Assembly: GCA_044223005.1 (NCBI GenBank)
Contig: JBGAML010000003.1
Coordinates: 262,866-326,865 of the forward strand
DNA: 64,000 nt
Direction: 5' to 3'
Origin: Candidatus Eiseniibacteriota bacterium
GTDB lineage: Bacteria > Eisenbacteria > RBG-16-71-46
The translations under genes were made by a program, and so were the position numbers. This document shows, one piece after another, positions 36,952 to 46,832 of the stretch (its first letter is position 1; each line of letters starts with the position of its first letter). The notes under the pieces were generated by a model. That model worked only from the letters and a program-made list of their open reading frames with translations. It was not told where the DNA came from and made no database searches.

Positions 36952-38561
36952 GCGTTCGCCGCCGCGTGCCGCTGGACGGCGTCGCGCTCTCGCTGCACGC
37001 CGGGCTCTTCGCCGCGTGCGCCGAGGAGATGGGCGATGCGCTCATGCGCGCCGCGCACTCGCCCAACATCACGGAGCGGCTCGATCACTCGTGCGCGGTG
37101 TTCGACGCGCGCGCGCGGCTGGTCGCGCAGGCGGCGCACATTCCCGTGCACCTGGGCAGCATGCCGCGCGCGGTCGAGGTGGCGCTCACGCTGGCGCCGT
37201 TCGGGCCCGGCGACGCGGTGCTGCTCAACGATCCGTTCGCGGGCGGGACACACCTGCCCGACCTGACGCTTGTCTCGCCCGTGTTCCTGGACGGCGTGCG
37301 CGGGCCCGCGTTCTTCGTCGCGAGCCGCGCGCATCACGCCGACGTGGGTGGCGCCGCGCCGGGCTCGCTGCCGCTCGCGCGCGAGGTGTACGAGGAAGGC
37401 TTCCGGATCCCGCCCGTCTTCCTGCGCCGCGACGGCGAGCTGCGCGCGGACGTGCTCGCGCTGCTGCTCGCCAACGTGCGCACGCCCGACGAACGCCGTG
37501 CCGACCTCGCCGCGCAGCTGGGCGCGCAGGACACCGGCGCGCGCCGCCTGCGCGAGCTCGCGCGCCGCGGCGGCGCGCGCACGCTGGTCGCCGCGGCGCG
37601 TGCTCTGCAGGACGCCACCGAGCGCCAGGCGCGCGCGGCGATCGCGCGACTGCCGCGCGGACGCTGGCGGTTCGCCGACGTGATGGACGGCGACGGCCTC
37701 GGCGGTCGCGACCTGCGGATCGCCGTCACGCTGACGCTCGACGGCCGGCGCGCGCGGCTCGACTTCACCGGCACCGCGCCGCAGGCGCGCGGACCCGTCA
37801 ACGCCGTCGCCGCGGTGACGCGCGCCGCGAGCCTCTACGCCGTGCGCTGCGTGCTCGCCGAGGAACTGCGCGTGGACGACGGCCTGCTGCGCACCGTGGA
37901 GGTGATCGCGCCCGAGGGCACGCTCGTGAACCCGCGCCCGCCCGCAGCCGTCGGCGCCGGCAACGTCGAGACCTCGCAGCGCATCGTCGACGTCGTGCTC
38001 GGCGCGTTCGCGCGCGCGCTGCCCGGCCGCGTGCCCGCGGCGAGCAGCGGCACCATGAACAACCTGCTGATCGGCGGCACCGACCCGCGCCACGGCGGCC
38101 CGTTCGCCTACTACGAGACGCTGGGCGGCGGCCACGGCGCCGGCCCCACGTGGGACGGCGCGAGCGCGATGCAGGTGCACATGACCAACACGCGCAACAC
38201 GCCGATCGAGGCGCTCGAACACGCGTGCCCCGTGCGCGTCGAGGCGGTGCGCGTGCGCCGCGGCAGCGGCGGCGCCGGTCGGCACAGGGGCGGCGACGGC
38301 ATCGAGCGCGCGCTCACGCTGCTCGCGCCCGCGCGCGTGACCGTGATCGCCGAGCGCCGTTCCCGCGGCCCGTACGGCCTCGCGGGCGGCGCCGACGGCG
38401 CGCCCGGCGTGACGCGCGTGCGCCGCGGCGCGTCGGTGCGTACGCTGCCCGCCAAGGTCACGCTCGATCTGGCCGCCGGCGAGACGATCGAACTCGCGAG
38501 CCCGGGTGGTGGCGGCTGGGGGCGGACGAAGCGGCCGCGCGTGAAGCGCCGCGAGCGCTGA
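36948..38561 (+). CDS. hyuB: Hydantoinase B / 5-oxoprolinase subunit B family
   Basis: Hydantoinase_B features (HIPVHLGSM, NDPFAGGTHLPD). The ATG at 36948 overlaps the hyuA stop. The long in-frame N-terminal extension in the ORF track (from 35376) is an artefact. Confidence 0.85.
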   Translation: MSVRRRVPLDGVALSLHAGLFAACAEEMGDALMRAAHSPNITERLDHSCAVFDARARLVAQAAHIPVHLGSMPRAVEVALTLAPFGPGDAVLLNDPFAGGTHLPDLTLVSPVFLDGVRGPAFFVASRAHHADVGGAAPGSLPLAREVYEEGFRIPPVFLRRDGELRADVLALLLANVRTPDERRADLAAQLGAQDTGARRLRELARRGGARTLVAAARALQDATERQARAAIARLPRGRWRFADVMDGDGLGGRDLRIAVTLTLDGRRARLDFTGTAPQARGPVNAVAAVTRAASLYAVRCVLAEELRVDDGLLRTVEVIAPEGTLVNPRPPAAVGAGNVETSQRIVDVVLGAFARALPGRVPAASSGTMNNLLIGGTDPRHGGPFAYYETLGGGHGAGPTWDGASAMQVHMTNTRNTPIEALEHACPVRVEAVRVRRGSGGAGRHRGGDGIERALTLLAPARVTVIAERRSRGPYGLAGGADGAPGVTRVRRGASVRTLPAKVTLDLAAGETIELASPGGGGWGRTKRPRVKRRER

Positions 38562-38612
38562 ACGCGCGGGCGGGCCCGCGGTCTCCCGCGGGCCCGCCCG
38601 CGTCGCGACACG

Positions 38613-39248
38613 TCACACGATCACGCGCGCCTTCTTGAGGCCGGGCACCACGCCGCCCGCGATGTCGTGGCGGAAGGCGTCCTGCGAGCCGGGGTTCGTC
38701 GACTCGACGGTCGCGGCCCAGATCATCCGGCCGCCGTCGTCGGGCGTCCACACCGTCACCTGTTCGCGCAGCGTGCGATCGGTGACCGAATAGCCCGGGT
38801 GCCAGCGGGACGTGTAGACGATGCGGTCGCGACCGCTCCAGGGGTTGTAGTACTCACGCGGCTGGACGCTGCGCCAGCCGGGCACCCAACTCGTCTCCTG
38901 GGTCGCGGTGAGCGGCTTCAAGACGATCGCGGCATCGAGGTGCTGGTCCTCGATCGCCTGCCCGAGCGCCTTCTGGCCCGGCACGCCGTCGGGGAAGAGC
39001 GAGTACGACGCGACCGCGTTGACGCCCGACCGGAGCAGCTGCTCGCGCACCGCGTCCTCCCACAGGCGGCGCTGCGTGGCGTCCTTGCGCTGCGAGACGA
39101 CCAGCAGCGAGCGCGCGGTGACCGAGCCGCGGCTGGGATCCGACCAGACGTTGGTGACGCGGGCGTCCGTGCAGCCGGCGGCCAGAAGTGCCAGCCCGGC
39201 GATGCTGGTGACGGCGAGTGCGGCGCGGAGACCGATTCGACGATTCAT
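38613..39248 (-). CDS. Hypothetical lipoprotein (211 aa)
   Basis: Signal peptide plus lipobox (LLAAGC). GAGGAGG RBS upstream of ATG 39248. The upstream part of the 578-aa ORF-track entry is not coding. Confidence 0.55.
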   Translation of the reverse strand: MNRRIGLRAALAVTSIAGLALLAAGCTDARVTNVWSDPSRGSVTARSLLVVSQRKDATQRRLWEDAVREQLLRSGVNAVASYSLFPDGVPGQKALGQAIEDQHLDAAIVLKPLTATQETSWVPGWRSVQPREYYNPWSGRDRIVYTSRWHPGYSVTDRTLREQVTVWTPDDGGRMIWAATVESTNPGSQDAFRHDIAGGVVPGLKKARVIV

Positions 39249-39469
39249 GGCGTCCTCCTCTGCATGCGGTTCACTTCGCATCCGTTTCCGATGGCGAAGC
39301 GAAGAGCACGCCCGATGCCATGCAGGGTGCGCGCGGGCAACCGCTTCGGGCTGCGGCGACTGGACACGCGCCTGACGGCCGTCGGGCCCGCCGCGGAGTT
39401 CCGGCACGTACACTTCGGCGCGCGCGGTGTCCCGATCGGAGCATCGCAGGAGCGTGACGAAGCGGGGCG

Positions 39470-40909
39470 CTACGCCTCTTCGGCCGCTTCGCGCGCCATC
39501 GCCGCGAGCGTGCGCGCCACGACGCGGCGCGTGAGCGGCGTGCAGTCGGCAGCGCTCACGCGCACGGCCGCTTCGGGCACGCGGGCGAGAAACGCGTCGT
39601 TCTGCAGGCCGAGCAGCACCGTGGGGCGTTCGGAGCAACGCGTGCGCAGCGCTTCCAGCGCGTCCGGCGTGAGCGGCACGCGCGAGGCGATCGCGATCAC
39701 CTGCGCCGCGGGCGCCGTGCCGCCCACGGCGAGCCCCTGCGCGGCGATCTCGGCTGCCAGTGGTTCGCCGTGCGCGAACTTCGGCTCTTCGACCGCCCAC
39801 GTGCCGCGCACCGCCGCCGCGGGCAGCGTGCCCTGCACTCGCAGGCCGCGCTCGACGATGCCTTCCAGCCGTGCGACCCAGCCCGCGGGCGTCAGCGATT
39901 CCAGCGGCTGCGCGAGCTCCGTCGCGTCGGGCTCGCTGTGGCGCTGGTCGAACGCGATCAGCCGCGGGCGCGACGCGTCGAACGGCTCGCGCGGCACCGT
40001 GCCTGCCACCAGCGCGTCGGCCAGCTCGAGCCGTCCGCGGCGAACGTCCTCGTTCCAGTGCGCGTAGAGCAGCAGGTCGCAGCCCGCCGCGAGCGCCGCT
40101 GCGCCGGCCTCGGCGGGCGTGCGGCCCGAGGCCGCGCCCTGCATCTCGAGCGCGTCGGTGATGCAGATGCCTTCGAAGCCCAGCTGTTCGCGCAGCAGTC
40201 CCGTCGCGATCGCGTGCGAATACGTACCCGGGTGCGCCGCGTCGAGCGCGGGATAGACCACGTGCGCGGTCATCACCGAGTCCGCGCCCAGCGCGCCACG
40301 GAACGGCACCAGCTCGCGCATGTCGAGCGTGCGCGTGTCGGCGTCGCACGTGGGCAGCGCGAGGTGCGAGTCCACGCGCGTGTCCCCGTGCCCGGGGAAG
40401 TGCTTGAGGCAGGACGCGAGGTTCGCCTCGCGAAAACCCCGCACGATCGCCGCGACCGCATCGGCCGCCGATTCGGGGCTCGTGCCGTAGGCGCGCGGAC
40501 CGATGACGGGATTGTCCGGCTCGCTGTGCACGTCGGCGACGGGCGCGAAGTTCCAGTCGAACCCGAGCGCGCGCAGCCGCCGTCCCGTCGTCTCCGCGAC
40601 GTACTCGAGATCGCCCGGCGCCGCGCCGCGGGCGAGCAGTGCGGCGTTGGGCGGCACGACGAGATGTCCCGCGAGCTGCGAGACCCAGCCGCCTTCTTCG
40701 TCGAGGGCGATGAAGAGCCGGCGCGGACGCGCGAGTTCGCGCAGGCGCGCGGTGAGCCGGCGCAGGTCGTCGAGATCGCGAAAGTCGCGCGCGAACACGA
40801 TCACGCCCGCGGGCGCGTACTGCGTGAAGTCCCGTTCCCAGGCGGGCGTCAGGCCCTCGGGAGGGAGCCCGATCACCATGCGCCGCGCGATGCCGCGTTG
40901 AGCGTCCAT
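39470..40909 (-). CDS. nagZ: Glycoside hydrolase family 3 beta-N-acetylhexosaminidase (NagZ-like), with C-terminal extension
   Basis: GH3 N-terminal domain motifs (FIALDEEGG, KHFPGHGDT, ITDALEM). Start chosen at MDAQRG (ATG 40909). An alternative start lies 30 nt downstream. Confidence 0.7.
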   Translation of the reverse strand: MDAQRGIARRMVIGLPPEGLTPAWERDFTQYAPAGVIVFARDFRDLDDLRRLTARLRELARPRRLFIALDEEGGWVSQLAGHLVVPPNAALLARGAAPGDLEYVAETTGRRLRALGFDWNFAPVADVHSEPDNPVIGPRAYGTSPESAADAVAAIVRGFREANLASCLKHFPGHGDTRVDSHLALPTCDADTRTLDMRELVPFRGALGADSVMTAHVVYPALDAAHPGTYSHAIATGLLREQLGFEGICITDALEMQGAASGRTPAEAGAAALAAGCDLLLYAHWNEDVRRGRLELADALVAGTVPREPFDASRPRLIAFDQRHSEPDATELAQPLESLTPAGWVARLEGIVERGLRVQGTLPAAAVRGTWAVEEPKFAHGEPLAAEIAAQGLAVGGTAPAAQVIAIASRVPLTPDALEALRTRCSERPTVLLGLQNDAFLARVPEAAVRVSAADCTPLTRRVVARTLAAMAREAAEEA

Positions 40910-41053
40910 GCGGCGGTCAGACTGTCCGAGCGTCCGGACGCTGTCAAAAGCGGGCTTTGTTCGGGCCGCGAGCGGCCGCCGGTCGTCGCATCCGGCGCGG
41001 TCGTGCAAAACGCCCCTAGGGCGGGGGAGTCGGCCCGCGATAGACTGCATCGA

Positions 41054-41761
41054 ATGTCCCAGCACCCCTCGGTCCTTCCCCGGAGGTTCCGCCGCTTGGC
41101 GATCCGTCCCTGCGTCCGATTCGCGCTCGCCGGCCTGTTCGCGCTCGTCCTGCCCGGTTCGCTGCTCGCGGCCCCGCCCGCGAAGGGGCCCGGCCGGACG
41201 CCCGCGCCCGCCGCGAGGGTCGCGAAGCCGTCCAAGATGGGCACGACGCTGCTCTACGGCGACGACCACTGCTTCTCGATCGTCCCGCCGGACGGCTGGA
41301 CCGTGGACGACCAATCGGGACTCGGCTCGCGCATCCGCACCGTGCTCTACCCCGCGGGCCAGAAGTGGGAGAACGCGACCACGGTCATGTACGTGAATCC
41401 GCTCCACCAGGACCCGCGCGCGCGCCACTCGCTCGACGAGATGATCGCGCGCGACGTGCAGTCGTTCCGCAAGCAGTCGCCGCGGGGCATCGTGACGCCG
41501 GCAGGGACGCTCAACACCTTGAAGGGCAAGCTGGCGCAGGTGCGCTACTTCGCGCCGACGGGCGGCAAGCCGACGACGGCGGTCGCGTACGTCGAGGAAG
41601 CGGACCTGGTCATGCTGCTCGTGCTCGACTCGCGGAGCGAGGCCAGCTTCCAGTCGGCGCTGCCGGCGTTCCGGCAGATCGTGACCTCGTACCAGTTCGT
41701 CGCCGGCAACATCGAGACGCCGACCGGCCCGGTCGCGTCGCCGCCCCCGGGACGCAAGTGA
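41054..41761 (+). CDS. Hypothetical secreted protein
   Basis: Signal peptide (FALAGLFALVLPGSLLAAPPA). Coding-type G/C at third codon positions. Confidence 0.5.
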   Translation: MSQHPSVLPRRFRRLAIRPCVRFALAGLFALVLPGSLLAAPPAKGPGRTPAPAARVAKPSKMGTTLLYGDDHCFSIVPPDGWTVDDQSGLGSRIRTVLYPAGQKWENATTVMYVNPLHQDPRARHSLDEMIARDVQSFRKQSPRGIVTPAGTLNTLKGKLAQVRYFAPTGGKPTTAVAYVEEADLVMLLVLDSRSEASFQSALPAFRQIVTSYQFVAGNIETPTGPVASPPPGRK

Positions 41762-42939
41762 GCGCGCGCGTCTCCCAGAAGAGCCTGCGGTTCACGGAGT
41801 CGGTCATCCGCGAGATGACGCGGCTCGCCAACGCGCACGGCGCGGTCAACCTGTCGCAGGGCTTCCCCGACTTCCCGGCGCCGGAAGCGATCAAGGAAGC
41901 CGCGGCCCGCGCGGTGATGGCCGACGTCAACCAGTACGCCATCACGTGGGGGGCGAAGCACCTGCGCGACGCGCTCGCGGTCAAGCACCAGCGCTTCACC
42001 GGCCTGGCGTTCGATCCCGAGCGCGAGATGGTGGTCTGCTGCGGCGCGACCGAGTGCATGGTCGCGACCATGCTCGCACTCGTGGACCCGGGTGACGAAG
42101 TGATCGTGTTCGAGCCGTACTACGAGAACTACGGCCCCGACGCCATCCTGTCGGGTGCGACGCCGCGATTCGTGCGGCTGCGCGAGCCCGACTGGTCGTT
42201 CGACCCGGCCGAGCTCGAGGCCGCGTTCAACGACCGGACGCGCGCGATCGTGATCAACACGCCGAACAACCCGACCGGCAAGGTGTTCACGCGCGCCGAG
42301 ATGGAGTCAATCGCGGCGCTCTGCCGGAAGTGGGACGTGATCGCGATCACGGACGAGATCTACGAGCACATGATCTACGAAGGCGAGCACGTCTCGATGG
42401 CCGCGCTCGAGGGCATGCGCGAGCGCACCGTGACCATCTCCGGGCTGTCCAAGACGTGGAGCGTCACCGGCTGGCGCATCGGCTGGTGCCTCGCGCCTCC
42501 CGAGATCGTGAACGCCATCCGCAAGGTGCACGACTTCCTCACCGTGGGCGCGCCCGCGCCGCTGCAGGAGGCCGCCGCCGTCGCGCTGACGATGCCGGAC
42601 GCCTACTACGCGAAGCTCGTCGAGGGCTACCGCGAGCGTCGGGCGTTCCTGTTGCCGCAGCTGGAAGCGGCCGGGTTCGGCGTGTTCCAGCCGCACGGCG
42701 CCTACTACGTGATGACCGACCTGTCGGGCTTCGGTTTCGACGACGATGTCGCATTCGCCCGTTTCCTCGTCTCCGAGGTGGGCGTGGCCGGCGTGCCCGG
42801 CAGCAGTTTCTACTCGAATCCCGCATCCGGCCGGCAACGTCTGCGCTTCCATTTCGCGCGCCGACGCGAGACGCTGGAGGCGGCCGTCGAGCGCCTGCAG
42901 TCCCTCAAGTCCCGCCTTCCGGCGGGGCGCATCCGTTGA
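41758..42939 (+). CDS. Class I/II PLP-dependent aminotransferase
   Basis: Aminotransferase fold. The PLP-lysine context SGLSKTWSVTGWRIGW. A GTG start overlaps the upstream stop. Confidence 0.8.
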   Translation: MSARVSQKSLRFTESVIREMTRLANAHGAVNLSQGFPDFPAPEAIKEAAARAVMADVNQYAITWGAKHLRDALAVKHQRFTGLAFDPEREMVVCCGATECMVATMLALVDPGDEVIVFEPYYENYGPDAILSGATPRFVRLREPDWSFDPAELEAAFNDRTRAIVINTPNNPTGKVFTRAEMESIAALCRKWDVIAITDEIYEHMIYEGEHVSMAALEGMRERTVTISGLSKTWSVTGWRIGWCLAPPEIVNAIRKVHDFLTVGAPAPLQEAAAVALTMPDAYYAKLVEGYRERRAFLLPQLEAAGFGVFQPHGAYYVMTDLSGFGFDDDVAFARFLVSEVGVAGVPGSSFYSNPASGRQRLRFHFARRRETLEAAVERLQSLKSRLPAGRIR

Positions 42940-42959
42940 ACCCCGGGGGTTCCACCCAC

Positions 42960-44627
42960 ATGGAATCGAATCGTCGCCGTTCCCTCGGTCCCGTCGGCCT
43001 CGCGATGCTGCTCTCGGTGCTGCTCGGCTTCGGGCTCGCCCGCGTGCTGAACGCCACGGACGACCTGCGCGGCAATCTCGACCTGTTCGAGGACGTGCTC
43101 TACCGCGTCGAGAACAACTACGTCGAGCCCCCGAACAACGAGAAACTCATCAAGGGCGCCATCGACGGGATGCTCAAGACGCTCGACCCGCACTCGGTGT
43201 TCCTGCCCGAGCAGCGCGCCAAGCAGATGGACGAGCAGTTCCACGGCGAATACTCGGGCATCGGCGTGCAGTTCGACATCCAGGACAACAAGATCGTCGT
43301 GATCTCGCCGCTCGAGGGCACGCCCGCCTACCGGCTGGGCATCCGCGCCGGCGACAAGATCGTCGAGATCGACGGCAAGCCGCTCAAGAAGGGCATCACC
43401 AACGACGACGTGTTCCACGCGCTGCGCGGGCCGAACGGCAGCACGGTCAACGTGACGATCGAGCGCGAGGACGAGCCTGAGCCGCTGCACTTCGCGATCG
43501 AGCGCGCCAAGATCCCGATCGAGAGCGTGCCGTACGCGTACATGATTCGCCCGGGCGTCGGCTACGTGCGCATCATCCGCTTCGCCCAGACGACGGGGCA
43601 GGAGCTCGAGACCGCGCTCGCCAAGCTGCGCGGCCAGGGCATGAAGAGCCTGCTGATCGACCTGCGCTCGAACTCGGGCGGCCTGCTCTCGCAGGCGGTC
43701 GACGTGCTCGACCAGGTGGTCCCGGACAACAAGCGCCTCGTGTACACGCGCGGCCGCATCCCGTCCGCGAACGCGGACTACTACAGCACCGGCCGTCCCG
43801 GGAAATGGACCGACGGCCCGGTGATCGTGCTCGTGGACCACGGCAGCGCCTCGGCCAGCGAGATCGTGTCGGGTGCGATCCAGGACCTCGACCGCGGCCT
43901 CGTCGTGGGCATCAACACGTTCGGCAAGGGGCTCGTGCAGAACCAGTTCAACCTCGCGCAGGGCAAGCTGCTGCTCACGATCGCGCGCTACTACACGCCC
44001 ACGGGCCGCGGGATCCAGCGCGACTACTCCAAGTTCGGCGACACGGCCGAGTACCAGGAGGACGCGTTCCGCGAGGACGTGCCGAGTGATTCGCTGCTCA
44101 AGACGCGCCCGCAGTTCAAGACCGGCGCCGGCCGCACGGTCTACGGCGGCGGCGGCATCTACCCGGACGTCGTGATCAAGGACCCGCCGAACCTGACGCG
44201 CGCCGAGGTGGACTTCATCACCAAGCGTGTCGGCTTCGAGTTCGCGACGCACTGGGTGAACAAGCGCCCCGGCCAGCAGTGGACGGCCGCGTCGTTCGAC
44301 CCGAAGTTCACGCTGTCGGACGAGGAGTGGAAGACGCTCCGTGGCGTGATGGACACCAAGAAGATGACGATCAACGACTCGACGTTCACGGCGGAGAAGC
44401 CGTTCATGCTCCGCCAGGTGCGCGCCGAGCTGGCGAGCGCCACGCTGGGCTCGCTCGACCGCTACCGGATCGCCATCGAGGACGACCCGCAGCTGAACGC
44501 CGCGCTCGACCTGTTCCCGCGCGCGCAGCAGCTGATGGCCGCCGGCGGCGCCGCCGAGCGCCGGACCCCGGGCTCGAACGCGCCCAAGAAGCCCACGACG
44601 GCGCAGACCGAGACGCCCAAGCGCTGA
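42960..44627 (+). CDS. ctpA: Carboxyl-terminal processing protease (S41) with PDZ domain
   Basis: N-terminal TM/signal. PDZ (GIRAGDKIVEIDGKP). S41 catalytic region (LIDLRSNSGG...SASASE). Confidence 0.8.
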   Translation: MESNRRRSLGPVGLAMLLSVLLGFGLARVLNATDDLRGNLDLFEDVLYRVENNYVEPPNNEKLIKGAIDGMLKTLDPHSVFLPEQRAKQMDEQFHGEYSGIGVQFDIQDNKIVVISPLEGTPAYRLGIRAGDKIVEIDGKPLKKGITNDDVFHALRGPNGSTVNVTIEREDEPEPLHFAIERAKIPIESVPYAYMIRPGVGYVRIIRFAQTTGQELETALAKLRGQGMKSLLIDLRSNSGGLLSQAVDVLDQVVPDNKRLVYTRGRIPSANADYYSTGRPGKWTDGPVIVLVDHGSASASEIVSGAIQDLDRGLVVGINTFGKGLVQNQFNLAQGKLLLTIARYYTPTGRGIQRDYSKFGDTAEYQEDAFREDVPSDSLLKTRPQFKTGAGRTVYGGGGIYPDVVIKDPPNLTRAEVDFITKRVGFEFATHWVNKRPGQQWTAASFDPKFTLSDEEWKTLRGVMDTKKMTINDSTFTAEKPFMLRQVRAELASATLGSLDRYRIAIEDDPQLNAALDLFPRAQQLMAAGGAAERRTPGSNAPKKPTTAQTETPKR

Positions 44628-44732
44628 CGAGCGACGCAAGAGCGCCCCGGCGGAGCAATCCGCCGGGGCGTCTTCGTACCAGAGATCATCGGGCATCAGG
44701 TTGGGATCAGATGCTCGGGAGTCCCTCGCGGA

Positions 44733-46649
44733 TCACCGAAGTGTGAGGATTCGGCGTGCAATCGTTCCCGCCGGGGTCGTCAGGCTCGCGAAGAACACTC
44801 CCGGGCGCTTCGCGGCGCTCCATGCGCGTTCGTAAACCCCACGCTCGAACACGCCATCCGCGAGTAACGCCAGCCGACGTCCCGCGACGTCATGGATCTC
44901 GAGCCGGCAGCGACCCGGAGCGGGAAGCTCGAAACGCAGCCGCACGGCCGCGCCAGGATTCGCGGAGTCGAGGACGCTCAGCCGGACAGTCTCCGGCGCC
45001 GCTTGCGCAGGGAGGAAAAGGACACCCAGCGACTGCCCTCCAGCCTCCCGCGTGAGCGCCGAAAGGCGATACCAGTGGCCGGTCGCGCGATTGTGTTCGA
45101 CAGTCCACGAGCCGATGGGCTGAACCGGTTCCCGCCAGGAGGCCAGTGGGATCCAGGGCCCCGACTCGACCTCGGATCGTTCGAGGTCAAGCTGGGAGAG
45201 GCTCGCGCCATCGGTGAGCTGCCATTCGACTCGGGGTGCTTCGGCGTCTGGAACGAAAGCGAAGCGCTGCAGCAGCGCAGACGTCGGTGCATCCTGCCAG
45301 ACCCGAGCGAAGACGTCCGCGTCGTGATTGTCATCCGGAGTGTGGAAGTTGCTCGCCTGTGTGACGAACACGACCACACGACCGTCGGCGGTGACTCCGC
45401 CGCCACCAACCGAGCTGTTGCCTTCGATCCCCCCGGGGCCCACGCTGACTCGAGTCGTGGTGCCTGCCGAGCGGTCGCGAACGTACAAGTCCGGGCATTC
45501 CCCAGGGAGGGTGAAGGTCCAGCAGGTGTTGAGGTCGACCGGGTCGAAGTTGAATGCGTTCGAAGTGAAGGTCACGTACCGCCCGTCTCCGCTGATGGCT
45601 CCGCCGCCGCTCATGCGGTTGCCGGGCACTCCCGCCGACGACTGGCTCGCGAGTTCAGTCGTGTTTGTAACGAGATCCCGCACCAAGACGTTGAAGCCAC
45701 TCGCTCCGTTGACCGCAGCGAGATTGGAGGCTTGGGAGTCGAAGGAAACGAAGCGGCCGTCTGCGCTCATCTGCGGCCAACTGCAATCGGCGTTTGGTTC
45801 GGCCCCAGAGGTCGCAAGGCTCACTCGGGCGGTTCGCATGCCGAAGCGGTCGCGTCGGTAGACGTCGAGGGAGTGATTCGTGTCCCCGGGAACGAGGTTC
45901 GATGCCAACGTGACGAAGGCCACGTAGCGGCCATCCGCGCTGATCGCACATTGGCCGCTGTGATTATCGCTCTCGGCCCCGCCGTCGGCGACGCTCACAC
46001 GCTCGGTCTCGCCCGTGACACAGTCGTGCACGAAGACATCCGCACTGCTGTTCGTATCGTTCGATACCAGGTTCGTCGATGTCGATACGAATGCGATGAA
46101 CCGCCCATCGCTGCTGATCACGGGCCAGTTGCTGCTGCCGCCAGAGGTGTCGATGTTGCCCTGTGTGCCGTCCGTCGCGACGCTGACTCGAATCGTCTCT
46201 CCCGTCAGGTTGTCGTGTCGGAAAACATCCGGGGCGCCGTTCGTATCGCCGGGAACGAGATTCGGAAACGGGCTGTCGAACGCGACATACCGCCCATCCC
46301 CACTCATCGCGACGGTCTGGACATCGCCGGGGCCGACTCCCTGGACGCCCGCGGAGGAGACGCTCGCGCGCCATGTCCGTCCATCCCGCAGGTCTCGAAC
46401 GAAGACGTCCCAGGTTCCATTCGTGTCTCCGGCCACCAGGTCGGATGCGAGCGAATAGAACGCGACGAAGCGCCCATCGGAACTCACCGCAGCTCCCGGG
46501 CGGAAGGAACTTCCGCCGTTCCCGGTCGAACCGGTGAGCGAGATGCTCACCAGTTCTGGGGAGGCGACCGCACTTGCGATAGGCGCGGAGGCGGCGATGA
46601 GCATCGCCGCGACGCTAAGCACGAGTTTCGCAACGTTGGCCACGCGCAT
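44733..46649 (-). CDS. Secreted PD40/TolB-like beta-propeller repeat protein with T9SS/Por-type C-terminal sorting domain
   Basis: Signal peptide. Six or more repeats of GDTNxxxDVFVRD type. The C-terminal approximately 80 aa (LRFELPAPGRCRLEIHDVAGRRLALLADGVF..GVYERAWSAAKRPGVFFASL...) matches the Por_Secre_tail pattern. Confidence 0.6.
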   Translation of the reverse strand: MRVANVAKLVLSVAAMLIAASAPIASAVASPELVSISLTGSTGNGGSSFRPGAAVSSDGRFVAFYSLASDLVAGDTNGTWDVFVRDLRDGRTWRASVSSAGVQGVGPGDVQTVAMSGDGRYVAFDSPFPNLVPGDTNGAPDVFRHDNLTGETIRVSVATDGTQGNIDTSGGSSNWPVISSDGRFIAFVSTSTNLVSNDTNSSADVFVHDCVTGETERVSVADGGAESDNHSGQCAISADGRYVAFVTLASNLVPGDTNHSLDVYRRDRFGMRTARVSLATSGAEPNADCSWPQMSADGRFVSFDSQASNLAAVNGASGFNVLVRDLVTNTTELASQSSAGVPGNRMSGGGAISGDGRYVTFTSNAFNFDPVDLNTCWTFTLPGECPDLYVRDRSAGTTTRVSVGPGGIEGNSSVGGGGVTADGRVVVFVTQASNFHTPDDNHDADVFARVWQDAPTSALLQRFAFVPDAEAPRVEWQLTDGASLSQLDLERSEVESGPWIPLASWREPVQPIGSWTVEHNRATGHWYRLSALTREAGGQSLGVLFLPAQAAPETVRLSVLDSANPGAAVRLRFELPAPGRCRLEIHDVAGRRLALLADGVFERGVYERAWSAAKRPGVFFASLTTPAGTIARRILTLR

Positions 46650-46832
46650 GTCGAATCTCCCTCCTCAAGGAAGAAGTTGCTCAGTTCGAGCACAACGGCG
46701 CGCCGCCCAACTCGGCGACATCGATCTTTCGGCACGCTACCAGCCGATTCGATCCAGTCAAGGATTGCTGCGTTCAGGGGATCTCGCGTTATGCTGCCCG
46801 CACGGGTGTTCCCCCGCCCCGGGGGAGGATGC

